DNA from: an uncultured Methanosarcinales archaeon
GTDB lineage: Archaea > Nanobdellota > Nanobdellia > Woesearchaeales > ARS49
Length of the DNA: 64,000 bases
Assembly (NCBI GenBank): GCA_964550175.1
Contig: CAZJXP010000001.1
Location: forward strand, 322,774 to 386,773
Direction: 5' to 3'
Notes under the pieces: generated by a model
What the model was told of the DNA's origin: nothing
Seen by the model: only the letters and a program-made list of their open reading frames with translations
Database searches by the model: none
Part shown: piece after piece, positions 1 through 9,694 of the stretch
Numbering within the stretch: the first letter of the stretch is position 1
Layout: every line of letters begins with the position of its first letter
Program-made: the position numbers and the translations under genes

Positions 1-1889
1 GCGCCAACATTGATGTCATCATCAGCGCTGTCGTAAGACAGGCTGAAGTTGAGGATGTTGTCCGTTCCCGCGCCGTTCTCGCCGTAGCCGTCCTCAGTCT
101 CTTCCGTCAAGGAAAAGATTCGGTCGTTGGTGAATCCAGTCAGGTTAGCGTTGCCCGCCATACCGGAAAGGATCAATCCGCCTTCGTCGTTCAAGCTCGT
201 TTCCGCAAGTTCTGATGTCGATTGCGAAATCGTGGTGAAGTCGAGGATCGCGGCCGTTGTGCCGGAACCCGTTCCACCTGAGCTGTTCGTCACAGTCAAG
301 ACGATTGAACCCGCGCCGGAGCCCAAGTCGATTGTTTGCGCGCCGAGCGGCAACAATGCGCTTGAGTTTGACGAGGTAAAGTCGTCTTCACTGGTGCTTC
401 CGTACGTGACGTCCTTCAGCGAGATCTTGCTGTCGGAGGTGTCGAAGTCCAAGATTTCGATCACGTGAGCTTCGCCGCCCGACGTGATGAGCAAGAACTG
501 AACACCTTCGCACTCGGTGATGGAGGTGACGAAGTCACAGTCCTGGCCTTCCAGCAAGAACCTGTCCTTCAAGTCGCTTCCAGTTCCGAGCACCATCAAG
601 TTGGAGTCGTTCAAGTGCCACTCGATCTTGACGTCCTTGCCATCGCTGTTCAAGAACTTCAAGGTCGCGGTGCTGCCCGAGGCTTCCAAGTCGATCGCTT
701 CCGTCTTTTCGGTGGACAAGCCATCGAAGTAGAACGTAAACGCGTCAAAGACCGGTTCGGTGAAGTGGTCTCCCTTTGCGAGGAAGATGTCGTCATCCGG
801 TTCGTACTGCATTTGTATCGCAGTGATGGAGTTGCCATCGCCCTGGATATCAACAGACGAGCCGTCGATTTCGACGCCGTTCAACTTGACTTCGTTTCCG
901 TCCTCGATTTCGAGTTCGGTCGCGCCCAAGTTGACTTCACAAACGTCGGTGTCCTTGCCTGCGCTGTGCACGACGATTGCGTCGGTCACACCGAGCTGGA
1001 TTCCGTTGACGGTCTTGGTCTGTCCGACATCAATCCATTGGATGGTGCCGTCGACGCTGATTCCACACTTGTCTTCGTCTTCGTTGACGTCAACGAGAAC
1101 GAACGTGTGCGAACCGCCCGAGATTTCACGGGTCAAGGGTTCGTCTTGTGACATCCATCGAGTCGTGTCGCCGGCCAACATCGTGATCTTGTCGATCGCG
1201 GTGTTCGTCGTACTGACAAACTTGGTTTCGGTGATGGTGTACTCCTTGCCCAAGATGCTGATCTTGGCCGTTTCGAAGTCTGCGTTGACGGTGGTCGCCG
1301 ACGTGTTGTCGTAGTCCACGTCATCGTTGAAATCGATGGTGTAGTTGTACATGTTTGCGTTGTCCGCGAAATACAAGTAGGCTCCGGCCATTTCAGCGTC
1401 GTCGTCATCTTGCGTGAAGATGAGCTGACCTGAGTTGCCGATAAACCTGACTTCCTGATCGTAGTCGACCTTGTTCTTGGTCGCGCCTTCGTCCTCGTCT
1501 AAGACGCCCTGAGCCAACAAGCTCGGCAAGTCGGTGTCATCAAGCGTCGTGTCTTGCACGAACTGGATGAATCGGTTGTAGCCGACGTGGGTTCCGGTCT
1601 TGTCAATCTTGACGCCCTTGTCAATGACTGAGACGCCGGTTGCGCCTGCGACTGCGGTCTTCTTGACCGCGGCTGCCTGCAGACCCGCTGCGAGTTCGAT
1701 CGAACCGACAACGTCAGATGTCTTTGCGAGCTCACCGACTACAATCGCTCCCTCGAAGACGCCGTCCTTGATGAACAGCGGCGACGGGTACTGCGACAAG
1801 TCTTGTGCAGCTGCGCCGAATATCGTTGCGCCAACCATGGCTAAGCCAGTGGTCAAGGCCACGATCTTCTTGGTATTTATTGCCTTCAT
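1..1889 (-). CDS. S-layer protein, N-terminal part (runs off window start)
   Basis: Not in ORF track. Reads MKAINTKKIVALTTGLAMVGATIFGAAAQDLSQYPSPLFIKDGVFEGAIVVGE..SDVVGSIELAAGL, a typical archaeal S-layer N-terminus; D/T-rich; GGAGGTG SD upstream. Confidence 0.85.
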   Translation of the reverse strand, partial: MKAINTKKIVALTTGLAMVGATIFGAAAQDLSQYPSPLFIKDGVFEGAIVVGELAKTSDVVGSIELAAGLQAAAVKKTAVAGATGVSVIDKGVKIDKTGTHVGYNRFIQFVQDTTLDDTDLPSLLAQGVLDEDEGATKNKVDYDQEVRFIGNSGQLIFTQDDDDAEMAGAYLYFADNANMYNYTIDFNDDVDYDNTSATTVNADFETAKISILGKEYTITETKFVSTTNTAIDKITMLAGDTTRWMSQDEPLTREISGGSHTFVLVDVNEDEDKCGISVDGTIQWIDVGQTKTVNGIQLGVTDAIVVHSAGKDTDVCEVNLGATELEIEDGNEVKLNGVEIDGSSVDIQGDGNSITAIQMQYEPDDDIFLAKGDHFTEPVFDAFTFYFDGLSTEKTEAIDLEASGSTATLKFLNSDGKDVKIEWHLNDSNLMVLGTGSDLKDRFLLEGQDCDFVTSITECEGVQFLLITSGGEAHVIEILDFDTSDSKISLKDVTYGSTSEDDFTSSNSSALLPLGAQTIDLGSGAGSIVLTVTNSSGGTGSGTTAAILDFTTISQSTSELAETSLNDEGGLILSGMAGNANLTGFTNDRIFSLTEETEDGYGENGAGTDNILNFSLSYDSADDDINVG

Positions 1890-2062
1890 TCAAACACCTC
1901 CGTGTTTTTGCTGTATTAGTGGTATTAAATCGCAGTCGGGTTTCCCCGTTAGGCGTATTTAATCCTCGTGTAAAGAACCCACACTTTCAAAAGTATGGAT
2001 TCCTCTCTAGTGTTCGTTGGGAAAGCTCTTCCAACTGAACTTAATGGTACTTTTTTGGATGG

Positions 2063-2078
2063 TTTATAAGATTTTCGC
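2063..2078 (-). promoter_or_regulatory. BRE/TATA for S-layer gene (implies ~150-nt 5' UTR)
   Basis: GCGAAAAT-CTTATAAA on minus strand ~175 nt upstream of ATG. Confidence 0.5.
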
Positions 2079-2257
2079 AAATGGAGATGAGTCAAAATGA
2101 CGGTTTTGGTTAATACGGGCTATAAACGTGTTTTACGCAAGGTATAATGAGCTGTCACTTTCGAATGGTATGGACCTGAAGTCTTGATTTCGGGTCACAA
2201 GGATAGTCAATTCTTCGTTACATTATATAGAGTCGTTTTGGTTAAGAACTTAACGAA

Positions 2258-2280
2258 TCTAAACGGGGCGGTAAAAAAGT
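2258..2280. repeat. Dispersed element terminus
   Basis: AAACGGGGCGGTAAAAAAG. Confidence 0.7.
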
Positions 2281-2378
2281 TAGGTAAGAACAGCTGACCA
2301 GCCCCCAGCAATAGCTTACCCCGGCCGTTATTGTCTCGTAAGGCTTAAAAGGAGCATAACCACAGCAAGACTATCCCT

Positions 2379-2461
2379 GCAGGGATACCGAAGTGGTCAA
2401 ACGGGCGCGGCTTAGGACCGCGTGGTCTAGGCCTTCGCAGGTTCGAATCCTGCTCCCTGCA
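2379..2461 (+). tRNA. tRNA-Leu(TAG)
   Basis: GCAGGGA/TCCCTGC acceptor, CGCGG-CTTAGGA-CCGCG anticodon arm, variable arm, GTTCGAATC; no encoded CCA. Confidence 0.95.
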
Positions 2462-2644
2462 CTTAATTTTGACATCTAGCTTCAGCTCTACTTCCACTAC
2501 GTCCAATATCACCAGCACTCAAACGCTGGGCAAAGAACGTGCTGGGACGGGCGATCTTTGTCGCAGAAAACGTGGCAAAAATGAAGGTGACATACAATTC
2601 TATCGACGGCAGAAAGTATTAGAACATATAGTTTCTAATATATA

Positions 2645-2884
2645 TTATATGCTGGCATAATCGTGATGGTCGTCCAACCACAAATGCGCGATTTCTTCAA
2701 GGCGGTGCACTTGCGCCTCAAGAGCGCGAAAGTATCTCATATGGTCAGAATTCAACGGATTGAACAATTCAGGATGCTCGGCAAGCTGTTTTGCCAAATC
2801 TCCCGCGGCAATCAGCTCCAGGACGCTTTGGCCGTTCAGCTGGTCAGCAGCGAGGTCGCCATAAAACGATTCGTGAGAAACCAT
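2645..2884 (-). CDS. hypothetical protein
   Basis: 79-aa ORF directly downstream of rpl37e, same strand. Confidence 0.5.
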   Translation of the reverse strand: MVSHESFYGDLAADQLNGQSVLELIAAGDLAKQLAEHPELFNPLNSDHMRYFRALEAQVHRLEEIAHLWLDDHHDYASI

Positions 2885-2891
2885 TGAAGAA

Positions 2892-3092
2892 CTACTTCGT
2901 TTCCGCGCGCTTGTGCTTCGGATAGGTCTTGTTCAGCGTATTCCACTTGTAGCTTCGCTTCTTGGCCGTCTTGCCGAAGCCGCAGCTTGAACACGCCTTG
3001 TTTCGGGTGTGGTAGGAGTGCTTTCCGCAACGGCGGCACATGATGTGCGAGTGGCCCTTGCTTCTCTTTCCGTGCGAATACGTTCCTTTCAT
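2892..3092 (-). CDS. rpl37e: 50S ribosomal protein L37e
   Basis: [26 protein letters not shown] zinc finger. Confidence 0.97.
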   Translation of the reverse strand: MKGTYSHGKRSKGHSHIMCRRCGKHSYHTRNKACSSCGFGKTAKKRSYKWNTLNKTYPKHKRAETK

Positions 3093-3093
3093 G

Positions 3094-3354
3094 TTAGTTT
3101 GACGGGGAGATCAAGATGATGTTGTCGCCGCGGAGGAAAACCGTTCCGAGCTTGCGCTTCATAACACCGTTTTCCATTTCCTCAGCCTGGTCCAAGACCA
3201 CGTTGATGTGGATGTCGAACGCGTTCAAGATGCCGACATATTGCTTTCCGCCCTTGGCTTCAACAATGACCTTCTTCTTGCGCGCCTTGTTCAACGCGTC
3301 AAGCGGTCGGCTTTGAGATTCAAACGTTCTTCCTTCATCCATCATATTAATCAC
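3094..3354 (-). CDS. Sm/LSm archaeal protein (SmAP)
   Basis: [30 protein letters not shown]m motifs; conserved linkage to rpl37e; start may be a few codons later. Confidence 0.95.
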   Translation of the reverse strand: MINMMDEGRTFESQSRPLDALNKARKKKVIVEAKGGKQYVGILNAFDIHINVVLDQAEEMENGVMKRKLGTVFLRGDNIILISPSN

Positions 3355-3448
3355 CCAAAATGGTTAATGGACTGATTTCCTAAAGGGAGCTATTTAAATG
3401 TTTGTGTCGCAGGATAACTTATAATAGTGGCAGGTAAATGCAGTTACT

Positions 3449-3697
3449 ATGGCAACCGGAATGGAAGGCATCCTTATGGGCGTGGCGTGGCTTAACCTGT
3501 TCATCCTGGCGCTTGGCCTGATATTCTTCATTACCGCGATTTTAGGCGTCGTCTTCTGGATTGTGATGATTATTGATTGCGTCAAACGGACGTTCAAGAA
3601 TGACAACGAGAAAATAGCCTGGATCCTGATACTGGTATTCTTGCACGCGCTCGGGGCGGCAATCTATTACTTCGTGGTCAAGAGAAAGGCTAAGTAA
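3449..3697 (+). CDS. small membrane protein, PLDc_N-like
   Basis: WIVMIIDC..R....EKIAWILILVF...LGAAIYYF. Confidence 0.75.
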   Translation: MATGMEGILMGVAWLNLFILALGLIFFITAILGVVFWIVMIIDCVKRTFKNDNEKIAWILILVFLHALGAAIYYFVVKRKAK

Positions 3698-5330
3698 AGT
3701 TCGTCCGGATGTGCTTCATCGCGTAATCGGCGTCGCCGCGGACCTTTTTTCGCGGGTTGAAGATGCCTTTCTTGTCAAAAATGTCCTTCGTCTGGTTGAA
3801 CAACTGCACGACCTTTTTACCATACATCTGCTCCAAAAACGTCGTTCGCACCAAGCCATCATTATGTTCGGCGGTTGTCGAGCCTTTGAACGCGAGCACC
3901 AAATCGTAGACCTTCTTGCTCACGATCGGGATGAGCTTCCGCTGAGCGGGCTTTTCGAGGTTCATCAAAGGAATGATGTGGAAGTTGCCGTCCCCCGGGT
4001 GGCCGGCAATAGTGTAAAGCAAATCGTACTGGTCAAGGATTTCCTTCAGCTTTGGCAGGAATTCGGGCAAAAACTCGGGCCGGACGATGAAGTCGTCGAT
4101 GAACGGAGCGGTGTGCTTATCCTTGATCTTGTGGCGCAACAGGTTGAAGCTCTCTCTCCTGATGACCCAGAACTCGCGCTCCTCGTCTTCTGAGGCCGTG
4201 ATTCTTGTTCGGACATTGAACGGCTTGATGGCCTGGAGGGTTTCGAACATTCTTGCTTCGATTTCTGCATCGGAGTTGCCGCAGAACTCCGCCATCAAAA
4301 CGAGCTTCGGCATGCCGCCCGTGAGCAGAATCCAGCCTTCCGGAAGCAAATGCCACATCATCGCAAGGATGTGCTTCGGCTTCAGGATTCGGACAAGGTC
4401 GGGGAAGAACTTCATTCCGAGACGCAACGTGTTGTCATCGTAGGACTCGAAGCTGTCCGGCCCGTGCTTCATCACTTCAACGACTAAACTTCCGAGCAGG
4501 TGCATCTCGCGCTCCTTCAGGAAAATGACTAGCATCTTCGATTTTGATTTCACCGGGACCAATCCGAACGTGATTTCGGTCAGCAGGCCAAGAGTTCCTT
4601 GCGAGCCGACGATGAGTTTCGGCAGGTCGAACGTCTGGCCGTCCCAGACATTCCAAAGATAGTAGCCGGCCGAGTTCTTGGATACATTCGGCTTGGCCTG
4701 TTGCAGCAATGCTTGGTTGGTGCTTATGAGCTTGAAGAGTTTGCGGTAAAGGTCGCCTTCGAACCCTTTTTCCTTCAGTTTTTTTTCCAATGCGGACCCT
4801 GAGAGCGGACGAATGGTGTGCTCGTTCCCGTCGCTGAGCACCATCTTGACTTCCTTGACGTAGCGCTCGGTCTTGCCGTACTTCGGGGTCTTTTCGCCGC
4901 CGGAGTTGTTCGAAACCATCCCGCCTACAGTGCACAGCTCTCTTGACGCGGGGTAGGACGGGAGGATGAGCCCTTTCTTTCTCGTTTCCTTATCAAAGTC
5001 GCGGTAGAAGACGCCCGGCTCGGTGATTGCAAAGTCCTTGCCGATCTGCTTGATGTGATTGAAGTTCCGGTAATGAACGACGACGGACTCCGTCAACGGG
5101 CCGCCGGTCATGTCGGTTCCTCCGCTACGTGCGGTCAAAGAAACGTTGTGCTTTGAGGCGAGCGCAACGAGAACCTTGATGTCCGCGACGTCCTTCGGGA
5201 AGACGACGACCTTGGGTTTGAGCTCGAAGATGCTCGCGTCGTGGCTGCACTCGGTCAGAATAGTAGGATCAACAGAAATCTCGCCCTTGAAACGAGACTT
5301 CAATTCAGCGATAAAACGGTCAATCATCAA
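3690..5330 (-). CDS. FAD-linked oxidoreductase (GlcD/D-lactate dehydrogenase family)
   Basis: RSGGTDMTGGP FAD loop, GSQGTLG, GHPGDGNFH, AEHNDG, FNPRKK. Confidence 0.9.
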   Translation of the reverse strand: MMIDRFIAELKSRFKGEISVDPTILTECSHDASIFELKPKVVVFPKDVADIKVLVALASKHNVSLTARSGGTDMTGGPLTESVVVHYRNFNHIKQIGKDFAITEPGVFYRDFDKETRKKGLILPSYPASRELCTVGGMVSNNSGGEKTPKYGKTERYVKEVKMVLSDGNEHTIRPLSGSALEKKLKEKGFEGDLYRKLFKLISTNQALLQQAKPNVSKNSAGYYLWNVWDGQTFDLPKLIVGSQGTLGLLTEITFGLVPVKSKSKMLVIFLKEREMHLLGSLVVEVMKHGPDSFESYDDNTLRLGMKFFPDLVRILKPKHILAMMWHLLPEGWILLTGGMPKLVLMAEFCGNSDAEIEARMFETLQAIKPFNVRTRITASEDEEREFWVIRRESFNLLRHKIKDKHTAPFIDDFIVRPEFLPEFLPKLKEILDQYDLLYTIAGHPGDGNFHIIPLMNLEKPAQRKLIPIVSKKVYDLVLAFKGSTTAEHNDGLVRTTFLEQMYGKKVVQLFNQTKDIFDKKGIFNPRKKVRGDADYAMKHIRTNFT

Positions 5331-5420
5331 TCCTCCTTTTTGATTCTCACTTGATTAGGAGTTTAAATAGGTTCCGAGAGGGAAGTTTGGGGTTGCCTTT
5401 CGCGTTGCTCTCCTGCACAC

Positions 5421-5523
5421 ACTTTTTACCGGCACGATTTGTTTCGTTCGCTCGATCAAGAATACGAAAATGCCTTAACGCGACTTCAAATCGGGGCGGT
5501 AAAGAGTTCGGGCGGTAAAAAGG
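5421..5523. repeat. Dispersed inverted-repeat element, full copy plus extra terminus
   Basis: CTTTTTACCGGCACGATTTG ... CAAATCGGGGCGGTAAAG; second GGGCGGTAAAAAG. Confidence 0.85.
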
Positions 5524-5527
5524 TAAC

Positions 5528-6277
5528 TTACTGAGAAATACTGATTCCCGCATCGCGCACGGACTTAATCGCGGGCTCGCGCATCGCTAACGGCAGGCTG
5601 GCGAGCAAACAAGCAATTCCGTCGCCGAGCATCTCCTTCGCGTGAGTTGCCAAGAAATTTGGAACTTCCGACTGCTTAAGGAACGTGCACTGCTTGAACA
5701 CATCAGGCGTCATGAGCTTGCCGAACTGCTCCTTAGTCATGTTGATCTTCACGACGAAGTCGAACATGCAGCTGTGGTCGTGCGCGGTCTCCGTGTGGAC
5801 GGCGGTTAATCGAATTTCGATGTTGTCCTTGAAATTGAAGTCGCGCACGAGCTTGTCGCGGACCGAGCGTTCGAGCGCGAGAACTCCGTTGTCGACGTGG
5901 ACGAACCCGGAGAACGAGGCGTCGAGCATGCCCGCGTGAGTTGCTTGTTCGGGCCGTTTTCGGATGATGGTGACGTCGTCCTTCAACAGAATTACGCCGC
6001 CGATGGCCGAGATTTTCATCCCTTCCGGCATCGCGGCATAGGTCTTGAACTCGGTCGGCTGGAACTTGAACGCGGTCTTGTCGTATTCGATGAACGTTCC
6101 TAATCCGTTCGGCTTCGAGAACATCTTCGGATTCTTGTCGACTTTTATTTTCCATTCCTTGTCGATGTGGTCGCGCTGCGCCTTCGTCAAAGTCGAGGCG
6201 TAATCCTTGCCTTCGACGACGGTCTTTACTGAGAGCAATGAAACGGACGACTTCGGCAGATAGATGAACGTTATCAT
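5528..6277 (-). CDS. hypothetical protein, possibly degenerate Nudix fold
   Basis: 249-aa ORF coupled to ftsY; IIRKR...HAGMLDASFSGFV resembles Nudix-like proteins. Confidence 0.6.
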   Translation of the reverse strand: MITFIYLPKSSVSLLSVKTVVEGKDYASTLTKAQRDHIDKEWKIKVDKNPKMFSKPNGLGTFIEYDKTAFKFQPTEFKTYAAMPEGMKISAIGGVILLKDDVTIIRKRPEQATHAGMLDASFSGFVHVDNGVLALERSVRDKLVRDFNFKDNIEIRLTAVHTETAHDHSCMFDFVVKINMTKEQFGKLMTPDVFKQCTFLKQSEVPNFLATHAKEMLGDGIACLLASLPLAMREPAIKSVRDAGISISQ

Positions 6278-6278
6278 G

Positions 6279-7964
6279 TCACAGCCCCAAGCTTTCGATC
6301 AACAGATTCGCGTCGAACTTCTTCAGGTCGTCGTAGTTCTGGCCCGTGCCGAGATACAAAATTGGTTTTTTCGTGACGTAACTGACGCTGATTGCCGCGC
6401 CGCCCTTTTCGTCGATGTCCGCCTTGCTGAGGATGATGCCGTTGATGCCGACGGCTTCGTCGAACTGCTGCGCTTGTTGAACGCAGTCGTTGCCCGTGAT
6501 GGATTCGCCGATGAACAGAATCAAGTCAGGCTTCGCGACGCGGACAATCTTCTTCATCTCGTCGATGAGGTTGATGTTGGAGTGCAATCGTCCGGCCGTG
6601 TCGATGAGGACGACGTCCTTGTTCGCGGCTTCGGCGTGCTTGATGGCGTCGAACGCGACGGCGGCCGGGTCGGAACCGTAATCGTGCTTGATTAATTTGA
6701 GATTGAGCTTGTCGGCGTGCGTTTGCAATTGGTCGATTGCGGCCGCTCGGAACGTGTCGGCCGCGGCCATGACGACGCCGAGCTTCTCGTTCTGCAGCAT
6801 ATGCGCGAATTTGGCGATGGTTGTCGTCTTTCCGGAGCCGTTGATGCCGACAAAGCAGATGACGTACGGCTTCTTAGCTTTGATGTTCGCGAACAAATCA
6901 ATCTGCTCGACGTCGAACAATGAGCTTAATGACTGTTTCAATGTTGAAAGGATCGTTGATTCAATGCTGCCGCGCGGGATGGGCTGGTCGACGAGAACGG
7001 TTTTCAAGTCGACCTTTATCTTTTCGATGACTTCCACCGCGACGTTGTTTTCAAGCAGCGCGACCTCGACGTCCCAGAACAAATCCTCGAACTGCTGCTC
7101 GGAGATTTTCTTTGTCGTGACGGCCTGCTTCAGTTTCGCGAAGAATCCTTTCTTTTCTTCCGGCTTTTCGATAGGTTTGACCGGGATCGGTCGCGAGCGC
7201 TCGACAGGAATGTAGCGTTTCTCAGGCTTTGCCGGCTGCGCTTTGCTCTCCCCGGCAGATTTTGTCGCGTCAGGAGTATCATATTTCGGCTCTTGCTCGA
7301 CGACCTGAACATCCTTGATTCGCTCCAAAACTTTTTTCGGCTCGTAGTCCTCGGGCTCGCCTTTCTTTTCTTTTTCCTTCTTAGGCTCGGCGGGCTCGAT
7401 CGGCTCGAACAACTGCTCGATCTGCGGGCGCTCGTCCTCGATGTGGTCGTGGATCTTGATTTTTCGTAACGGTGAGCCTTCGACTTCGATTTCCGATTCT
7501 TCGATGACGACGTCCTCGACTTGCTCGGGCTCGGGAATCGGCTCCTTCTTTTCTTCCGCGACCTCTTCCGGCTTGACGAACTTTTCCTTCAACCGCTTGA
7601 AGAAACCTTTTTTCTCTGGTTGGATCGTGATGGATGGCGGAGAATTTTCTGACGGCTCACTGCTAATATCAGGCGGGGTTTCAACGGCAGGGGACTCCGA
7701 GTCACTCTTTACCGGCACGCTTTGTTCCGTCGTTTCAGCAGTTTCGTCAGTCGAGTCTTCAACCTCTGATGAACTTCCGATCGGGGCGGCAAAAAGTTCT
7801 GATGGGGTTTCAACGGCAGGGGATTCGGCGGGCTCTTCTTCCGGCTCAGAAATCTCGAGCGGCTCTTCCGAGGATTCTACCACTTCCTCCTTCGCGGTCT
7901 CTTCCGCCTTCTTAGAAAACGAGGATAATGCGCCCTTCAGTTTGTCCTTCAAGAATTTGAACAT
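6279..7964 (-). CDS. ftsY: SRP receptor FtsY with long acidic N-terminal region
   Basis: GINGSGKTTTIAK, DTFRAAA, DTAGR, SKAD, GTGQ.Y.DL. Confidence 0.97.
   Translation of the reverse strand: MFKFLKDKLKGALSSFSKKAEETAKEEVVESSEEPLEISEPEEEPAESPAVETPSELFAAPIGSSSEVEDSTDETAETTEQSVPVKSDSESPAVETPPDISSEPSENSPPSITIQPEKKGFFKRLKEKFVKPEEVAEEKKEPIPEPEQVEDVVIEESEIEVEGSPLRKIKIHDHIEDERPQIEQLFEPIEPAEPKKEKEKKGEPEDYEPKKVLERIKDVQVVEQEPKYDTPDATKSAGESKAQPAKPEKRYIPVERSRPIPVKPIEKPEEKKGFFAKLKQAVTTKKISEQQFEDLFWDVEVALLENNVAVEVIEKIKVDLKTVLVDQPIPRGSIESTILSTLKQSLSSLFDVEQIDLFANIKAKKPYVICFVGINGSGKTTTIAKFAHMLQNEKLGVVMAAADTFRAAAIDQLQTHADKLNLKLIKHDYGSDPAAVAFDAIKHAEAANKDVVLIDTAGRLHSNINLIDEMKKIVRVAKPDLILFIGESITGNDCVQQAQQFDEAVGINGIILSKADIDEKGGAAISVSYVTKKPILYLGTGQNYDDLKKFDANLLIESLGL
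7704..7797. repeat. Dispersed element copy inside ftsY coding region
   Basis: CTCTTTACCGGCACGCTTTG ... CCGATCGGGGCGGCAAAAAG, flanked by 20-bp direct repeat at 7675-7694 and 7804-7823. Confidence 0.75.
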
Positions 7965-7965
7965 C

Positions 7966-8385
7966 TTACTTCACGAGCGCGTGGAGCTCTTTCTCGGTGG
8001 TTTGCGCGATGTCGGTCAATTCCTTCAGTTGAACTGCTAGTTGTTGCTGCACCTTTCGCAGCTCTTCGGATTGGGTGACTAATAATCGTTTCACGTCGGG
8101 AATTCCCTTCGCGACGTTCACGTGGCTGCCGACGTTGACCAACAATTCCTTCGTGCTTTGAATATGGGCTTTGACAAATATGCCGTTCGCGACGGGAACA
8201 AGGATTTCGGTGCCATCCTTGACGGTGCTTAATTCGTCAAGGCTTTGATTCGTGTCGTCGACGCCCTCGACCTGGGCTTCCAGCTGCTGCAACTGCTCCT
8301 GCATCTGCTGCATCTTCTGGCCGAGCATCTGCAGCTCCATGTACTTCTTGGTGGCTGCCTGTTCCAACTGTTCGGTTTCGCTCAT
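7966..8385 (-). CDS. pfdA: prefoldin subunit alpha
   Basis: coiled coils around EILVPVANGIFVKA..LLVNVGS; upstream of ftsY; start at MSETEQ. Confidence 0.92.
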   Translation of the reverse strand: MSETEQLEQAATKKYMELQMLGQKMQQMQEQLQQLEAQVEGVDDTNQSLDELSTVKDGTEILVPVANGIFVKAHIQSTKELLVNVGSHVNVAKGIPDVKRLLVTQSEELRKVQQQLAVQLKELTDIAQTTEKELHALVK

Positions 8386-8552
8386 GAGAGTTTCTTCAGC
8401 AAATTCTTGACAAACGCTTCGTATTTCTTCTGCGTCAATAGGAATGAAAGGTCGCTGTCGGGCTCGCGCAAGTCCCGTTCGCTGGCGAGGTGCTTCCATT
8501 CGCGCGTCACGACTAATTTCAAATATTGCTTCTCGTCCTTGGTTAATGCCAT
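8382..8552 (-). CDS. small hypothetical protein (56 aa)
   Basis: MALTKDEKQYLKLVVTREW...LLKKLS; stop overlaps pfdA ATG (ATGA); TATA-like sequence upstream; below ORF-track cutoff. Confidence 0.65.
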   Translation of the reverse strand: MALTKDEKQYLKLVVTREWKHLASERDLREPDSDLSFLLTQKKYEAFVKNLLKKLS

Positions 8553-8614
8553 AGAGGATTATTCAAAGAATGCTATATAAACGTATCGTGAGATGATAGT
8601 TAGTTGGCGAGTTT

Positions 8615-8762
8615 CTTTTTACAAACAGGACGAAGTCCTGTTGTACACGAGGACTCTGTCCTCGTTGTACCGGCACATTTTGACGCGTTTCGGCCATAAT
8701 TGAATTTCTAATTGAGCCAACGAAACAAAACTGCAAGGGTGCAACGTGCGGGAAAAAGCAAA
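8615..8762. repeat. Dispersed element interrupted by two 24-nt hairpins
   Basis: TTTTTAC[hairpin-GTAC][hairpin-GTAC]CGGCACATTTTG. Confidence 0.75.
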
Positions 8763-8774
8763 CGCTCAGAATAC

Positions 8775-9539
8775 TTATTTCACTTCGGCTTTGACTTCAG
8801 GTTTGTCCGACTTCAACCTGATTGAGAAATCATCAAAAGCCTGCTGCTGCTCCAAATCAAGCTTTCTCGACGTGCCCAAGTGCAGCAGTGGAACGAACGT
8901 GTACATCTTGGCGTCGCGCGACGGGTTTTCGGGCAGCAGCTGCGAGAACTTGACGTTCGACTTCCGGTTGAGGATGAACCATTCACGGATGGACTTGTAG
9001 ACCTGCTTGATTGCGAGCGTGATATCGAGCTTTTTTAGTGGAACAATCAACCGTCCCTCGGGACTGTCCAATCTGATTAATCGTCGATGCTTGACTTCCA
9101 ACGCCTTCTCCAGCGCGCGAACGAGGTCGAACACGGACACCTTTCGCTTTCTCGGCTGCGGAGATCTTGGAATCAGTTTGAGCATTTCTTCCGGCGCGAG
9201 GATTCTCGCCTTGTGGAGCTCCCCTTCTAATTCGGTGTAAAACTGGTCCTCAGTCATGTCCGCTGATGCTAGGAGTCGGTCGAACTCGTTCAAGTCCTCG
9301 CCGATCAAACGCTTTGATTTCATTTTCAAAAGCATGGCGGCAGCGAGAAGAATCTTTCCGGAAACCTGAAGATCATGCTGCTCCTTCAACTCATGGATTT
9401 TCGCGATGTACTTCTGTGTGAGCACGCTCAAGTCGACGTCCCAGGGGTCCATCTGCTCGGATTTGATCAAGTCCTGGATGAGCTGCTTCCACGTGAGCTC
9501 GTTCTGCTCAACGACAATCTGAAATATCTTCTCGTGCAT
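8775..9539 (-). CDS. scpA: segregation and condensation protein A (kleisin)
   Basis: MDPWDVDL..LTQKY, SGKILLAAAMLLKMKS, TFVPLLHL, LEQ...FDD. Confidence 0.9.
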   Translation of the reverse strand: MHEKIFQIVVEQNELTWKQLIQDLIKSEQMDPWDVDLSVLTQKYIAKIHELKEQHDLQVSGKILLAAAMLLKMKSKRLIGEDLNEFDRLLASADMTEDQFYTELEGELHKARILAPEEMLKLIPRSPQPRKRKVSVFDLVRALEKALEVKHRRLIRLDSPEGRLIVPLKKLDITLAIKQVYKSIREWFILNRKSNVKFSQLLPENPSRDAKMYTFVPLLHLGTSRKLDLEQQQAFDDFSIRLKSDKPEVKAEVK

Positions 9540-9620
9540 GAAGGTGCAATCATTTCCGAGATATATAAAACCGACGCACTCGGAAAGGCTTATAAAAGCG
9601 GAAAAATACAATTTCTCAGC

Positions 9621-9693
9621 GGGCGCGTAGTTTAGTGGCTATAACGCGGCTTTTACACAGCTGAGGTCGCAGGTTCGAATCCTGCCGCGCCCA
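9621..9693 (+). tRNA. tRNA-Val(TAC)
   Basis: GGGCGCG/CGCGCCC acceptor, TT-TAC-AC loop, GTTCGAATC. Confidence 0.95.
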
Positions 9694-9694
9694 T

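Noticed and set aside
127..1962. Plus-strand ORFs at the window start
   Set aside because: Antisense shadows of the S-layer gene; the same applies to many shadow ORFs over other genes
5421..5523. Dispersed elements as integron attC sites
   Set aside because: No RYYYAAC/GTTRRRY ends, no integrase, and copies follow core genes in both orientations
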